A stretch of DNA of 63,632 bases, filler included, from Octopus bimaculoides (GCF_001194135.2; 7 parts of 7 records of this genome joined end to end with filler, not necessarily neighbours in it), one strand, 5' to 3'; shown: positions 1-11,718, numbered from the whole stretch's first letter. Made by a program: numbers and translations. The notes: a model not told the origin generated them from the sequence alone.

Positions 1-257
1 TATATATATATATATATATACACGTGTGTGTACATATACATATAATATATATATGCACACACACATACACATGCGTGTGTGTGTGTGTGTGTATGTATAT
101 AAATATACTAACTTATGCATAAATGTTTGCAAGTGTGTATACATATATACTCACACACACTCACATACACATACATATATGTATATATATATATATATAT
201 GCATATACATATGTATGTGTTTTATATATGTGTATATATTGTATGCATATATCTATA

Positions 258-298
<41 letters not shown>

Positions 299-385
299 GC
301 ACACAAACATGTATACTCTCACACACACATGTATATTTATATATAAATGTGTGTATATGTATATATATTCATACATACATATACA
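1..385. repeat. Compound (TA)n/(CA)n microsatellite
   Basis: Direct reading; explains the YIYI/HTHT ORFs. Confidence 0.95.
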
Positions 386-1729
386 CCCACGCTTAAATTG
401 CAAAAATAAATGGATCTTGGGTTTTCCTGCTAAGTATCCAAGCTGTTCAAACTTTTTGAACAAATGAACTGCCTACTCACAGCATTATTGTACATGTGGC
501 TGAGTATTCCAGTGACACTTGTATCTATCAATGCCATGAAGTAATGTGTTACAAGGCTGACCTCAAGAGTTATAGGGGGTTCCTATAAGGTTGTTATCCA
601 CCCCTGATTGGAACTCTCCCGTATGACATGTACGCATGCTCAGTGACTTGCTTTAACAGTTGCAATCAGCTGAATGCACATTGCCAGTGACCTTTGACAT
701 AATTACCCACACTCTGTGGTCAGGATTCTTTTTTTGGTTTGATGTCGGTATCGAAGGGATTACCAGACACCGGACAATACAGTGAGAGCAGCTTTCACTN
801 NNNNNNNNNNNNNNNNNNNNNNNNNNNNNNNNNNNNNNNNNNNNNNNNNNNNNNNNNNNNNNNNNNNNNNNNNNNNNNNNNNNNNNNNNNNNNNNNNNNN
901 NNNNNNNNNNNNNNNNNNNNNNNNNNNNNNNNNNNNNNNNNNNNNNNNNNNNNNNNNNNNNNNNNNNNNNNNNNNNNNNNNNNNNNNNNNNNNNNNNNNN
1001 NNNNNNNNNNNNNNNNNNNNNNNNNNNNNNNNNNNNNNNNNNNNNNNNNNNNNNNNNNNNNNNNNNNNNNNNNNNNNNNNNNNNNNNNNNNNNNNNNNNN
1101 NNNNNNNNNNNNNNNNNNNNNNNNNNNNNNNNNNNNNNNNNNNNNNNNNNNNNNNNNNNNNNNNNNNNNNNNNNNNNNNNNNNNNNNNNNNNNNNNNNNN
1201 NNNNNNNNNNNNNNNNNNNNNNNNNNNNNNNNNNNNNNNNNNNNNNNNNNNNNNNNNNNNNNNNNNNNNNNNNNNNNNNNNNNNNNNNNNNNNNNNNNNN
1301 NNNNNNNNNNNNNNNNNNNNNNNNNNNNNNNNNNNNNNNNNNNNNNNNNNNNNNNNNNNNNNNNNNNNNNNNNNNNNNNNNNNNNNNNNNNNNNNNNNNN
1401 NNNNNNNNNNNNNNNNNNNNNNNNNNNNNNNNNNNNNNNNNNNNNNNNNNNNNNNNNNNNNNNNNNNNNNNNNNNNNNNNNNNNNNNNNNNNNNNNNNNN
1501 NNNNNNNNNNNNNNNNNNNNNNNNNNNNNNNNNNNNNNNNNNNNNNNNNNNNNNNNNNNNNNNNNNNNNNNNNNNNNNNNNNNNNNNNNNNNNNNNNNNN
1601 NNNNNNNNNNNNNNNNNNNNNNNNNNNNNNNNNNNNNNNNNNNNNNNNNNNNNNNNNNCACCATCATCACAAATATCGCCACCACAGTAGATACTAAAAG
1701 CTATCACAGATAGAGAAATACCAGTAATA

Positions 1730-1750
1730 CTATCTCTACTACTACAGAAG

Positions 1751-1784
<34 letters not shown>

Positions 1785-1812
1785 CACCACCACCACTACT
1801 ACTACTACTACA
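1730..1812. repeat. (ACT)n/(ACC)n trinucleotide repeat
   Basis: Direct reading. Confidence 0.9.
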
Positions 1813-1879
1813 GACTGATTAAAAGGGAAACTTTACTTAAATGAAAAATATGTTTTCATATGTATTTAATCAATAATTC

Positions 1880-2215
1880 TTCCCTCTCTATTGTTCTGCA
1901 CATTTGAATAGTGCATGCTTAAAAGACCGCACATCTTTTATCTCTGCACATTTAAACACTACTTTTAAAGACTGCGCATTTAACACACTACATATTTAAG
2001 CACTGCACAGTTAACACATTTACGCACTGCATATTTAAATATTGCGCATATGATATAGTTTAAGATTGCTCATTTAAGCAGTATGCACTTAACATCTGCA
2101 CATTTAAATGCTATATATTTAAATACTGCACATCTAAATGACTGCATATTCTCTTTCTGTATGTTTAAACACTGCATTTGAATACTGTATATTTAAGAAC
2201 TGCACAATTGGAATA
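1880..2215. repeat. Degenerate minisatellite, unit approx. ACTGCACATTTAAA(C/T), ~15-17 bp
   Basis: Recurrent ctgcacattt/actgcatattt/atttaa motifs at irregular ~16-bp spacing. Confidence 0.6.
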
Positions 2216-2799
2216 TTTGGGTGCTAAATATTTAAATATTGTACTGGTCTCGATTCATTTAAATATTTGACTACAAGAAATTCTTCAAGGTGGTGCACCA
2301 GCATGGCCAAAACCAATTGTGAGTGATAAGAGATGAATGCAAACACTAAGGTACACACACACATACACATATAGGCACACACACATAGGCACACACAAAT
2401 AGGCACACACACACAGAGGCACACACACAGAGGCACACATACACAGGCACACACACACACACACACACACACAGAGGCGCGCGCACACATACACACACAG
2501 AGGCACACCCACACACACACAGAAGCTCACACATGCACACAGACAAGCAAACACAGGCATACAGGTACACAGGCACATTCGAACAAACACAAATGGAGAG
2601 GGTTGTTTTCAGTTTATGTCTACCAATTACACTCATACATCATTTGATTGAACCCATGGCTACAGTAGAAGAGATTTACCCAAAGTGTCGTGCACAGGAA
2701 CTGAACCTGAAACCATTCCACTGGCAAACAAGCTCCTTAATCACTCAGCTTTAAATTCAGAAGACTCAATTTTAATTAATTAATTAATTAATTGGCCAG

Positions 2800-2975
2800 T
2801 TCTGGTGACACATAAAAGACACCCAGTACACTCAGTAGAAGAGTCAGCAGAAAGAAGGGTAGCTGGTCATGGAAACAAAGCCATAATAGACTATGGAACC
2901 AGGTGCAGCCCTCCAGTTTACCAGCTGCTATCAAGCTGGCCAACCCATGCCAGCATGGAAAACAGACGTTAAACA
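2800..2975 (+). mobile_element. SINE/LINE 3' end family E (degenerate), ending acccatgccagcatggaa...gttaaa(c/t)gatgat
   Basis: Shares its terminal ~40 nt with copies at 4150-4210 and 4715-5020. Confidence 0.6.
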
Positions 2976-3026
2976 ATGATGGTTTATTTATTTTTGTTCT
3001 AGCAGTGGCTATGAAATATCTATTAC

Positions 3027-3449
3027 TCTTTTACTCTTTTACTTGTTTCAGTCATTTGACTGCGGCCATGCTGGAGCAGCGCCTTTAGTCGAGCAAATCG
3101 ATCCCAGGACTTATTCTTTGTAAGCCTAGTACTTATTCTATTTGTCTCTTTCGCCGAACCACTAAGTTACGGGGACGTAAACACACCAGCATCGGTTGTC
3201 AAGCGATGTGTGTGTGGGGGGGGGACAAACATAGACACACAAACACATACACACATATATATATATATATATATATACATATATACGATGGGCTTCTTTC
3301 AGTTTCCGTCTACCAAATCCACTCACAAGGCTTTGGTCAGCTCGAGGCTATAGTAGAAGACACTTGCCCAAGTTGCCACGCAGTGGGACTGAACCCGGAG
3401 CCATGTGGTTGGTAAGCAAGCTACTTACCACACAGCCACTCCTACGCCT
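3027..3449 (-). mobile_element. tRNA-headed SINE family A, near full length, with central (CA/TA)n
   Basis: On the minus strand: A-box TGGCTGTGTGG, B-box GGTTCAGTCCC, and a (AAAAGAGT)n-like tail; many homologous copies in the window. Confidence 0.85.
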
Positions 3450-4282
3450 ATATTTGATAAATGTTTTTACAAGGTTAGAATCAGTCAACTTCAATTCAAA
3501 TTCCATGTTTACCATTGATCCACCAGGAATATCGCAGTATCTAGAAAACATATCATTAAAAAGTTTTCCTGATGATATCCATTGTAGCATTAACTGTTTC
3601 CATAAGCATTTGGGATATCGACATGTCTTTAAATGAGAAGAATCATCTAAAAAGTTATATCACTTACTTCTAAATGAAAAGAGTTAAAAAAACTTCTGCT
3701 ATTGAATTACGTTCTCTCCATGCCGACTGATATTCTCAATGTGACATGAAGGTATCAATTTCTGGGAGAGTTTGTTAAGTATAACATAAATTGTCAGATC
3801 TATTTTCTTCTACATTTATAGAACTATTAACCAGATATCTTCGGTCTGCAATAAAATGATTTTTATTGGCGTTTCTACCACATAATTGTTTCTCTTCCTT
3901 ATAACGATCTTTAAATTGCAAATTACAGCCTAATGGAAAAGTGGAATAATGAGTTCTAGAATTAGAAACAGGACAGGACTAGTAATGATTCTTAAGAGAA
4001 ATCCTAAAAAAAAAAAAAAAAAAAAATAAATAAATAAAAACAGTTGGCACACTACTGGATTATCAACTAATAGATTTTGAGTTCAAACTCATTCCCTGAA
4101 TTTTGTTGTACATTTACTTCACTGCACATTTATTTCTTTAACCTATGTCAGCAGTCCAACTCATGCCAGCATGGACAATGGACATTAAATGATGATGATG
4201 ATGATGATGACACAGTCTTATCTAATTGACAGATACAGGTAACAGATCTTCTAGGAATGGAGTCTGTGGTAGAACTACTTAT

Positions 4283-4608
4283 TAACTTAAGTCCTTCTCA
4301 CCACGCCCCCCCCCCATGGAGCATAATCCTTTAGCAACCTTTCTCCAGTGTTCTTGCCCCTGGGCTGTCCTCACCCAGGTCTTGTTGGTTTTGAATTGTC
4401 ATCAGCACTTCTCTAGCTTTGCATTTTCTCTAGGTAAAGGTGTTGGCCCTTCACAAATCCATTTTCATCCCTGGGAAGAGGTGGTCTGTATTAGTCTGGC
4501 CTCTATCCCTTGACCTGTCCAGCATGGGAGACCCTACTAGGAGCTTGTTCTCTGCTGGCATGGCTCTGAAGGGTCTTTGAAGCACACAATCCACCATATT
4601 GTTACAAT
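4283..4608 (-). mobile_element. Short bipartite RTE-derived element (5' UTR fused to ORF C-terminus and 3' tail)
   Basis: RTE-type 5' UTR motifs (gaccct..gagc..gctcc..tagggtctcccatgctggacaggtc..gaggccagactaa) followed directly by TWVRTAQGQEHWRKVAKGLCSMG and a ...aggacttaag tail. Confidence 0.6.
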
Positions 4609-4714
4609 GAATGGACCTTGTGGCTGAGAGGAACAGGTACCAACTCTTCTGAGTGTGTGAGATAATTTGGAGACAATTATGTACTTCAGTACCCAGAATG
4701 ATGGTCTGGTGTGC

Positions 4715-5020
4715 CTTCTAGTTAGAAAATCATTCGAGCGAGGTCATTGCCAGTGCCACTGGACTGGCTCCTGTGCAGGTGGCACGTAAAAAACACCATT
4801 TTGAGCATGGCCGTTGCCAGTACCGCCTGACTGGCCCTCGTGCCGGTGGCACGTAAAAGCACCCACTACACTCTCGGAGTGGTTGGCGTTAGGAAGGGCA
4901 TCCAGCTGTAGAAACTCTGCCAGATCAGATTGGAGCCTGGTGCAGCCATCTGGTTCGCCAGTCCCCAGTCAAATCATCCAACCCATGCTAGCATGGAAAG
5001 CGGATGTTAAACGATGATGA
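4715..5020 (+). mobile_element. SINE/LINE 3' end family E
   Basis: Internal tandem ggtggcacgtaaaa blocks; ggttggcgttaggaagggcatccagc core; (GAT)n tail; homologous to 2800-2975. Confidence 0.7.
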
Positions 5021-5338
5021 TGTGTAAATTATACTACACTGGAGTNNNNNNNNNNNNNNNNNNNNNNNNNNNNNNNNNNNNNNNNNNNNNNNNNNNNNNN
5101 NNNNNNNNNNNNNNNNNNNNNNNNNNNNNNNNNNNNNNNNNNNNNNNNNNNNNNNNNNNNNNNNNNNNNNNNNNNNNNNNNNNNNNNNNNNNNNNNNNNN
5201 NNNNNNNNNNNNNNNNNNNNNNNNNNNNNNNNNNNNNNNNNNNNNNNNNNNNNNNNNNNNNNNNNNNNNNNNNNNNNNNNNNNNNNNNNNNNNNNNNNNN
5301 NNNNNNNNNNNNNNNNNNNNNNNNNNNNNATGTATGTA

Positions 5339-5381
<43 letters not shown>

Positions 5382-6189
5382 TCACATGTATTTAATGTAC
5401 ATATACATACATACAAACACACACATATTTATAAATATATATATATACATACAGAACCACACACACATGTATGCGCATGTATGTTTGCGTATATATATAT
5501 ATATATATATATGCACACACACACACACACATATACCTGTATATGTTCATACTCACAAACATGTGCACATGTACATAAACACAGATATTTCCTGTTTTGT
5601 ATTTGCGCTATGTGTCACGTAATATAAAAACAAGAAGTGGAAATCTTTATCTTTGAACTTATAAAAGTTACATTAAATGGCAGTTATGCTTGTTAATCCT
5701 CTATAGATTATTATTTGTCTTGAGAAGAAAAGAAACAAACACACACAAAATGAATAAGCAAATAAGACAAAAACAAAAATGTTCTTAGCTTCAAAGGTTG
5801 TGAAGAATCTAATGCTTTAATCATCGTAAAGGTATAGAGAAATGACTTTTGATATAACTCAGGAAAGTTTTTCAAAGAAATAATTTGCATATCATATAAG
5901 ATGCACTTAAAAAGATTTTACACATCTACATGCGTAGATACTAAACTAAATGGATCTACGTCGACTTTAACAATGAGTGTTGTGGCACTGTAGTTCTTTG
6001 ATCATGTGTGGACCGGACTGGACTGGACTGGACTAATTTACATATATTACGTGAATCTGTAAATTAGCTGAGGTTTCCATGGATGGTCAATGGCTTTGTT
6101 TTTATTATCACTGTCATCATTACAACCACCACCACCACCACGTACATATGTGTGTATATATACACACATATATATAGCTTGACTGCTAA

Positions 6190-6285
6190 ACCTACAAGTT
6201 TGTTTTTCATTCTCTCTGCTTATTTTCTCTTACTCTTTTCTGCTGAAGAGCATAGGCTCGAAACATAAAAGACTTTTTCATTTTC
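6190..6285 (+). mobile_element. Penelope-type terminal (pLTR-like) fragment
   Basis: gaagagcataggctcgaaacataaaagactttttca is homologous to 23770-23820, which lies downstream of the Penelope ORF. Confidence 0.5.
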
Positions 6286-6286
6286 C

Positions 6287-6702
6287 CACTTGTTTTCTTG
6301 GTGATTCCCTACATAGCATAAATTAAGACCCCGATTTTTCTTAATATTTTACTTTGAAACATCCCTAATTCATGAAAACAGATTGTCTCAGGATTGTTTA
6401 CCACTGAAGCCTCAGGCATCTATATATATATATATTTCAAGGTTTTTAACTTTTAAATTTTAAATTTGTATATTTAAAAGAGATAGAAACTTCAAACTTG
6501 ATATATCCAAGATCGATTTATTTACCACTCTATGTCAACATTTCTGTGCCCAAACTTATCCAGTGACTGGTCCATTGGATTTCGACATTTGGCACTTCTT
6601 CAGGAATGGCTACCATTGGAACAAAACACGAGAAAACACATACATAACGATCATATTAAATTATTAAATTATTAAAATCCCGTTTAAGTCCACTATTTTG
6701 GG

Positions 6703-6770
<68 letters not shown>

Positions 6771-7712
6771 GATATATATAGAAAGATAAATAGCAAGAGT
6801 GGAGATAGAAATCGACCGGTTAGCAAAGCATCTGGTGCAGTATGCGTCTGTGTTCTGTATTTATTTGTGAACAAGTTGCATTTGTATATAAGTCACCCCA
6901 CATAATTTAGTTTTAAATCTTAGCAAAAAGATTTTCCTCATCATAGTTTTAGCTTTGGCTTGTGTATAAATGTACTGACTTCATATAAGATGCAACATGT
7001 CTTATTATTCTATAAATCAAGTAGAATTTCTTGTTGAAAAAGGTAAATTGACATCACTTAGCAGTTAGGGCAAACTGTCTGAAGAAATTATTGTTAACCG
7101 GATACAGAAAATAACAAAACATATTAAAAAATGCATAAATATTAGTTTCAGGATATCTTTTACACCTGATCAAATGGCATACTTATTTCTTTTTTATATA
7201 TTGCTGAATCGGTGAAGGTATGTGGCTCAGCAGTTAGGCTGTTTGGCTCACGAGTGTAAGGTCATGGGTTCAATTCCCTGTGATGCATCATGTCCTTGAG
7301 CAAGACACTTTATTTCACGTTACTCCAGTCCACTCAGCTGGCAAAAATCAGTAGTACCTGTAATTCAAAAGGGGCCAGCCATGTCGCATTCTGAGTAATG
7401 CTGAATCTGCCTGAGAACTACACAAAGGATACACAGGTCTGTGGGATACTCAGCTACTTGCACATTAATTTCACAAGAAGGCTGTTCTGTTGATCGGATC
7501 AACTAGAACCCTCATCGTCGTAACCGACAGAGAGTTGACTATATTGCTGAATCAAGAATATAAGTGGGAAAACATATAGACGCCTGAGGCTTCAGCGGTA
7601 AACAAACCTGAGACAATCTGTTTCCATGAATTAGGAATGTTTCAAAGTAAAATATTAAGAAAAATCGGGGTCTTAATTTATGCTATGTAAGGAATCAATA
7701 AGAAAAAAAGTG
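6287..7712. mobile_element. Non-autonomous DNA transposon with ~139-bp terminal inverted repeats (6287-6425 / 7574-7712)
   Basis: Arms align with about 9 mismatches; termini CACT...AGTG; no internal ORF; contains a SINE B insertion. Confidence 0.7.
7214..7540 (+). mobile_element. tRNA-headed SINE family B
   Basis: A-box TGGCTCAGCAG, B-box GGTTCAATTCC; body shared with 11748-12018 and 60616-60922. Confidence 0.85.
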
Positions 7713-8258
7713 ATACTCGGAAAATTGCAGACATAAGTGAGAAAACCTCAAAGCTGTCCCAAACTGAGATTAAGCATCCAAGGGTTACATCACTAAGAAT
7801 TAGAAGCAAATCTGCCAGTTATCTTTAGATCTAGCTCACATCACTAGTATACATGTCGACCCTTCACTATAAATATGCTGATTGCTTCTGTTCTTTGTTA
7901 TCGAAGAAATTTCCTTCCTACAGATGATGTCTGTTTATAACATACATAATTCATACAGAAACTTTGTAATTAAATTGTGTCATTCCATGGAGAACTGGCA
8001 TTTTGTTAGTTGAAGTTCAGCGAATCAATTATTACTTAATTATAAAAATTATTTGGAATCATATATTTGCCATATATACATCTAACATTACCTAATCTAT
8101 GTAAATATTTAAATATAACATAGATTCTTATAATATATCATTTCATTCCTTATATATTTTAGCAGATTCAAACATGAATATGCCATTTACTGTTGTTTTC
8201 TGTCATCAGATAACATCTTTTAGACAACTGTGTTCATAAAATATTGATATAAGGGTTA

Positions 8259-8308
8259 TTTGAGACACTGCAGTGTTTTGATCTCATTGTGTGTCTCTTC
8301 AGTGAAAG
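8259..8308 (-). ncRNA. Degenerate minimal type-I hammerhead ribozyme motif (G12 mutated to A)
   Basis: CUUUCA-CUGAAGA-GA[12 nt]UC-AAAA-CACUGCAGUG-UC-UCAAA; perfect 12-nt palindrome ACACUGCAGUGU as helix III. Confidence 0.45.
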
Positions 8309-8429
8309 CTATCCTGGATCAATGAATCTAAACAAAAGTACTGGCTCCTGTTTTTGCATCATTGAATTGCATGTGCTATCAACACACATTGGCTAAACAG
8401 AGGAGATATTCTCTGGTGATGAAATACAA

Positions 8430-8800
8430 CAATAAACAGTATATGGATGTTTGAATGCACCAGAATGTCAACAAATCCAGAAATCCTTTGGCAAAACTCC
8501 ATTTTGGCTGCTTGTATTTGGGATTGTCCTCCTTCCGTCACTACCCAAGTCTCAATGATGGTAAGCATGGAAACCAAATCGAAAATCATGAGTTTGGTGT
8601 TTTATCTTCTGGGAACTGAATGCTGCAAATTATACATTACTGTGCCAACACTTGTGATCTGAGCATCCGATTCAACCTCCTGCTTCTCATCACCTCTGAA
8701 TACATCCCAGAGATGCATACATTTTGCCACATGTGATAATAGACTTTTATAATCCTTTACAAATTCTGAAGCATCTAAGGTCGACCGAGAGAAAACTTGT
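8430..8800 (-). mobile_element. RTE-clade LINE fragment (Rex3/Expander-like), RT C-terminal region, decayed
   Basis: KCMHLWDVFRGDEKQEVESDAQITSVGTVMYNLQHSV and TKLMIF...ETWVVTEGGQSQIQAAKMEFCQRISG resemble the RTE FKYLG...EID.RI / ETW.....I.A.EM.F.RRI.G segments; stops and frameshifts present. Confidence 0.7.
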
Positions 8801-9110
8801 TGTGGCAGATAATTTTTGCACAGTAATGTAAATACATGTATGTGCATGCAAGTGTGTATGTATATACATACATATATATATATATATATANNNNNNNNNN
8901 NNNNNNNNNNNNNNNNNNNNNNNNNNNNNNNNNNNNNNNNNNNNNNNNNNNNNNNNNNNNNNNNNNNNNNNNNNNNNNNNNNNNNNNNNNNNNNNNNNNN
9001 NNNNNNNNNNNNNNNNNNNNNNNNNNNNNNNNNNNNNNNNNNNNNNNNNNNNNNNNNNNNNNNNNNNNNNNNNNNNNNNNNNNNNNNNNNNNNNNNNNNN
9101 NNNNNNNNNN

Positions 9111-9340
9111 CCAACATTAGCTGACAAGCAAAGGTGGGGGGACAAACACAGACACAAAATACACACACACACATATGACAGGCTTCTTTCAGTTTCCATC
9201 TACCAAGTCCACTCACAAGGCTTTGGTCAGCCCGAGGATATAGCAGAAGACACTTGCCCAAGGTGCCATGCAGTGAGACTGAACCTGGAGCCATGTGGTT
9301 AGAGAGCGAGCTTCTTACCACACAACCACTTCTGTGCCTA
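9111..9340 (-). mobile_element. SINE family A, partial
   Basis: Homologous to 3280-3449. Confidence 0.8.
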
Positions 9341-9353
9341 TATATATATATAT

Positions 9354-9453
9354 NNNNNNNNNNNNNNNNNNNNNNNNNNNNNNNNNNNNNNNNNNNNTTA
9401 ATTAATTAANNNNNNNNNNNNNNNNNNNNNNNNNNNNNNNNNNNNNNNNNNNN
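9354..9453. other. Artificial 100-nt scaffold spacer N-TTAATTAATTAA-N (also at 22007-22106, 27152-27251, 46692-46791, 56398-56497, 61489-61588)
   Basis: Six identical constructs with a 12-mer giving stops in all six frames, centred in about 100 nt of N. Confidence 0.9.
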
Positions 9454-9519
9454 AAAAGAAAAGCTCTACATTGTATTTGTCCCATCTTCGTTGAGCCCTG
9501 TGTGGCTAATAAAAGAAAT
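9454..9519 (+). mobile_element. Tx1-type LINE 3' terminus (second copy)
   Basis: Nearly identical to 41801-41866 and followed by the same gtatctat junction. Confidence 0.75.
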
Positions 9520-9791
9520 GTATCTATATATATATATATATATATGAAGGAGAGATAGATAGATTGGTTGATAGATTGATGCATCATGTATACGTATGTA
9601 TCTGTGTATGTATGTATGTATGTATGTATGTATGTATGTATGTATGTATGTATGTATGTATGTTTGTATGTATGTATATGTGTATGTATGTATGTTTGTA
9701 TATATGTATGTATGTATGTATGTAGGTAGGTAGGTAGGTAGGTAGGTAGGAGGTATGTAAGTGTATGAGTGTGGGTATATAAAATTGTGTC

Positions 9792-9994
9792 TATGAAGGG
9801 GTGCTGAGAAGTTCCTGGCTTTGTGTAAAAGAAAAATACAGGAGGATCAGTTTGTGATTTTATCCAACCTGTTTCCCTTCTTAGACTCACACACTTAATG
9901 CATCAGTCCTTCAGTATTTCTAAGTCCTGTAAAAGAACTTGGAAGACCTATCACAATACCCTTAAAGCCAGGAACTTTGCAGCACCCCCTCGTA
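9792..9994. mobile_element. Mariner-derived MITE (~200 bp)
   Basis: TIRs tatgaaggggtgctgagaagttcctggcttt / aaagccaggaactttgcagcaccccctcgta, with TA at both ends. Confidence 0.8.
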
Positions 9995-10600
9995 TAACTC
10001 AGTGTGTATGTGTGTGTGTGTATGTGTGTTTGTATGTGTGTGTGTGCGTATGTGTGTGTGCGTGTGTGCTTATGTACGCATGAGCAAGAGTTCGTATATT
10101 TATATTTCCGACTATCCGTATATCTTCGTATCAGTATGCTTTTTGTGTATGTGTGTGTGTGTTTGTGTATGTGTGTGTGTGTGTGTTTGTGCGTGCGTGT
10201 GGTGGTAGTTATGTGTAAGTCTATGTATACGACTGCTTGTAGTTTTGTAAGTCTCTCCGTTTGTGTGCGTGTCTGTGTGAATCTATCTATATCAATCAGT
10301 CTATCTCTGTGTGTGTCAATCCCTGAGTTTGCATGTGTATATGTATATGTCTCTGTATACCTATCGATATATGTATATATTCATCTGTGTGTATATGTAT
10401 GCCTAGACTATAAGAGCATTTGTGTGTCTGTGTGTGTATATATGTATGTATGTATATATGTATGTATGTATGTATGTTCATGTATATATGTGTGTGTGTG
10501 TGTATATATATGTGTGTGTGTGTGTGTGTGTATATATATGTGTGTGTGTATATATAATGTGTGTGAGAATATATATATGTGTGTGAGAATATATATATGT

Positions 10601-10720
10601 GCATGGTTCCGGGTTGAGTGCGACTACATGGTCACCTTAGATAAGTATCTCCTACTATAGACTCGAGCCAATCAAACCCTCGTGAGTAGATTTGGTCGAC
10701 GGAAACTGAAAGAAGCCCAT
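10601..10720 (+). mobile_element. SINE family A head, degenerate
   Basis: catggttccgggttgagt...ggaaactgaaagaagccc. Confidence 0.65.
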
Positions 10721-10734
10721 TGTATGTATGTATT

Positions 10735-10966
10735 TTATTCCTTTATTCTTTTACTTGTTTCAGTCATTTGACTTTGAGGGTTTTTTAGTCGAAGAAATCG
10801 ACCTCAGGACTTATTCTTTGTAAGACTAGTACTTGTTCCATCGTTCTCTTTTTTGCCGAACTGCTAAGTTACGGGGGACGTAAACACACCAGCATCGGTT
10901 GTCAAGCAATGGTGGGGGAACAAGCACAGACACAAAGACACATACGCATAAATATATACATACATA

Positions 10967-11023
<57 letters not shown>

Positions 11024-11176
11024 GATGGGCTTCTTTCAGTTTCTGTCTACCAAATTCACTCATAAGGCTGTGATCTGCTTAAGACTATAGTAGAAGACAC
11101 TTGCCCAAATTGCCACGCAGTGGAACTGAACCCGGGCCCATGTGGTCGGGAAGCTAGCTTCTTATCACACAGCCAA
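10735..11176 (-). mobile_element. SINE family A, near full length
   Basis: Collinear with 3027-3449, including the central (TA)n. Confidence 0.85.
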
Positions 11177-11339
11177 TATGTCTGTATATGTGCATGTATG
11201 TGTGTGTATATATCCATTATACTACCCGTATAATTACCTATGTTAATGCTGGACATACATATGCAAGCATATTATGCTCCTAGTTTACAGGTAATGACAA
11301 AGATAAACATGAGTTTCTCAGGAATCAAATTTAAAGTAA

Positions 11340-11718
11340 ACAGAAAATGGAGAAATATTGATCAACAACAATTGACTTACATCAATTATTTTCTTTTAAT
11401 TCAATACAAATGGACTGCTTCCCATCTTACAGCTGTTTCTGCTTCCAATGTTACATGGTATTCTCTTTGATATGCTAAAAAATAATATTCATCCTATTTG
11501 ATAATAAAATAATGAAGCTCACTCTGATGAAACTCCATGTTCCAGATCGGTCTTATTACCACATATGGTGAATATTATTTTTTAGCATATCAATGGCAAT
11601 ACCATACATTGGGAGCAGAAACAGCTGTTAGATGGGATGTAGTCTATTTGAATTGAATTTAAAAAGTGATAATTGATGTAAGTCAATTGTTGTTGATGAA
11701 TGCTTCTCCATTTTCTGT
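11340..11718. repeat. Long palindrome: ~167-bp arms (11340-11507 / 11553-11718), 45-nt spacer
   Basis: The reverse complement of the right arm aligns to the left arm over its full length (roughly 85% by eye). Confidence 0.9.

Noticed and set aside
3510-3930. Protein-like minus-strand frames with plausible splice sites (DDSSHLKTCRYPKCLWKQ...)
   Set aside because: No recognisable homology; stops between segments; splice-like motifs are common in AT-rich DNA.
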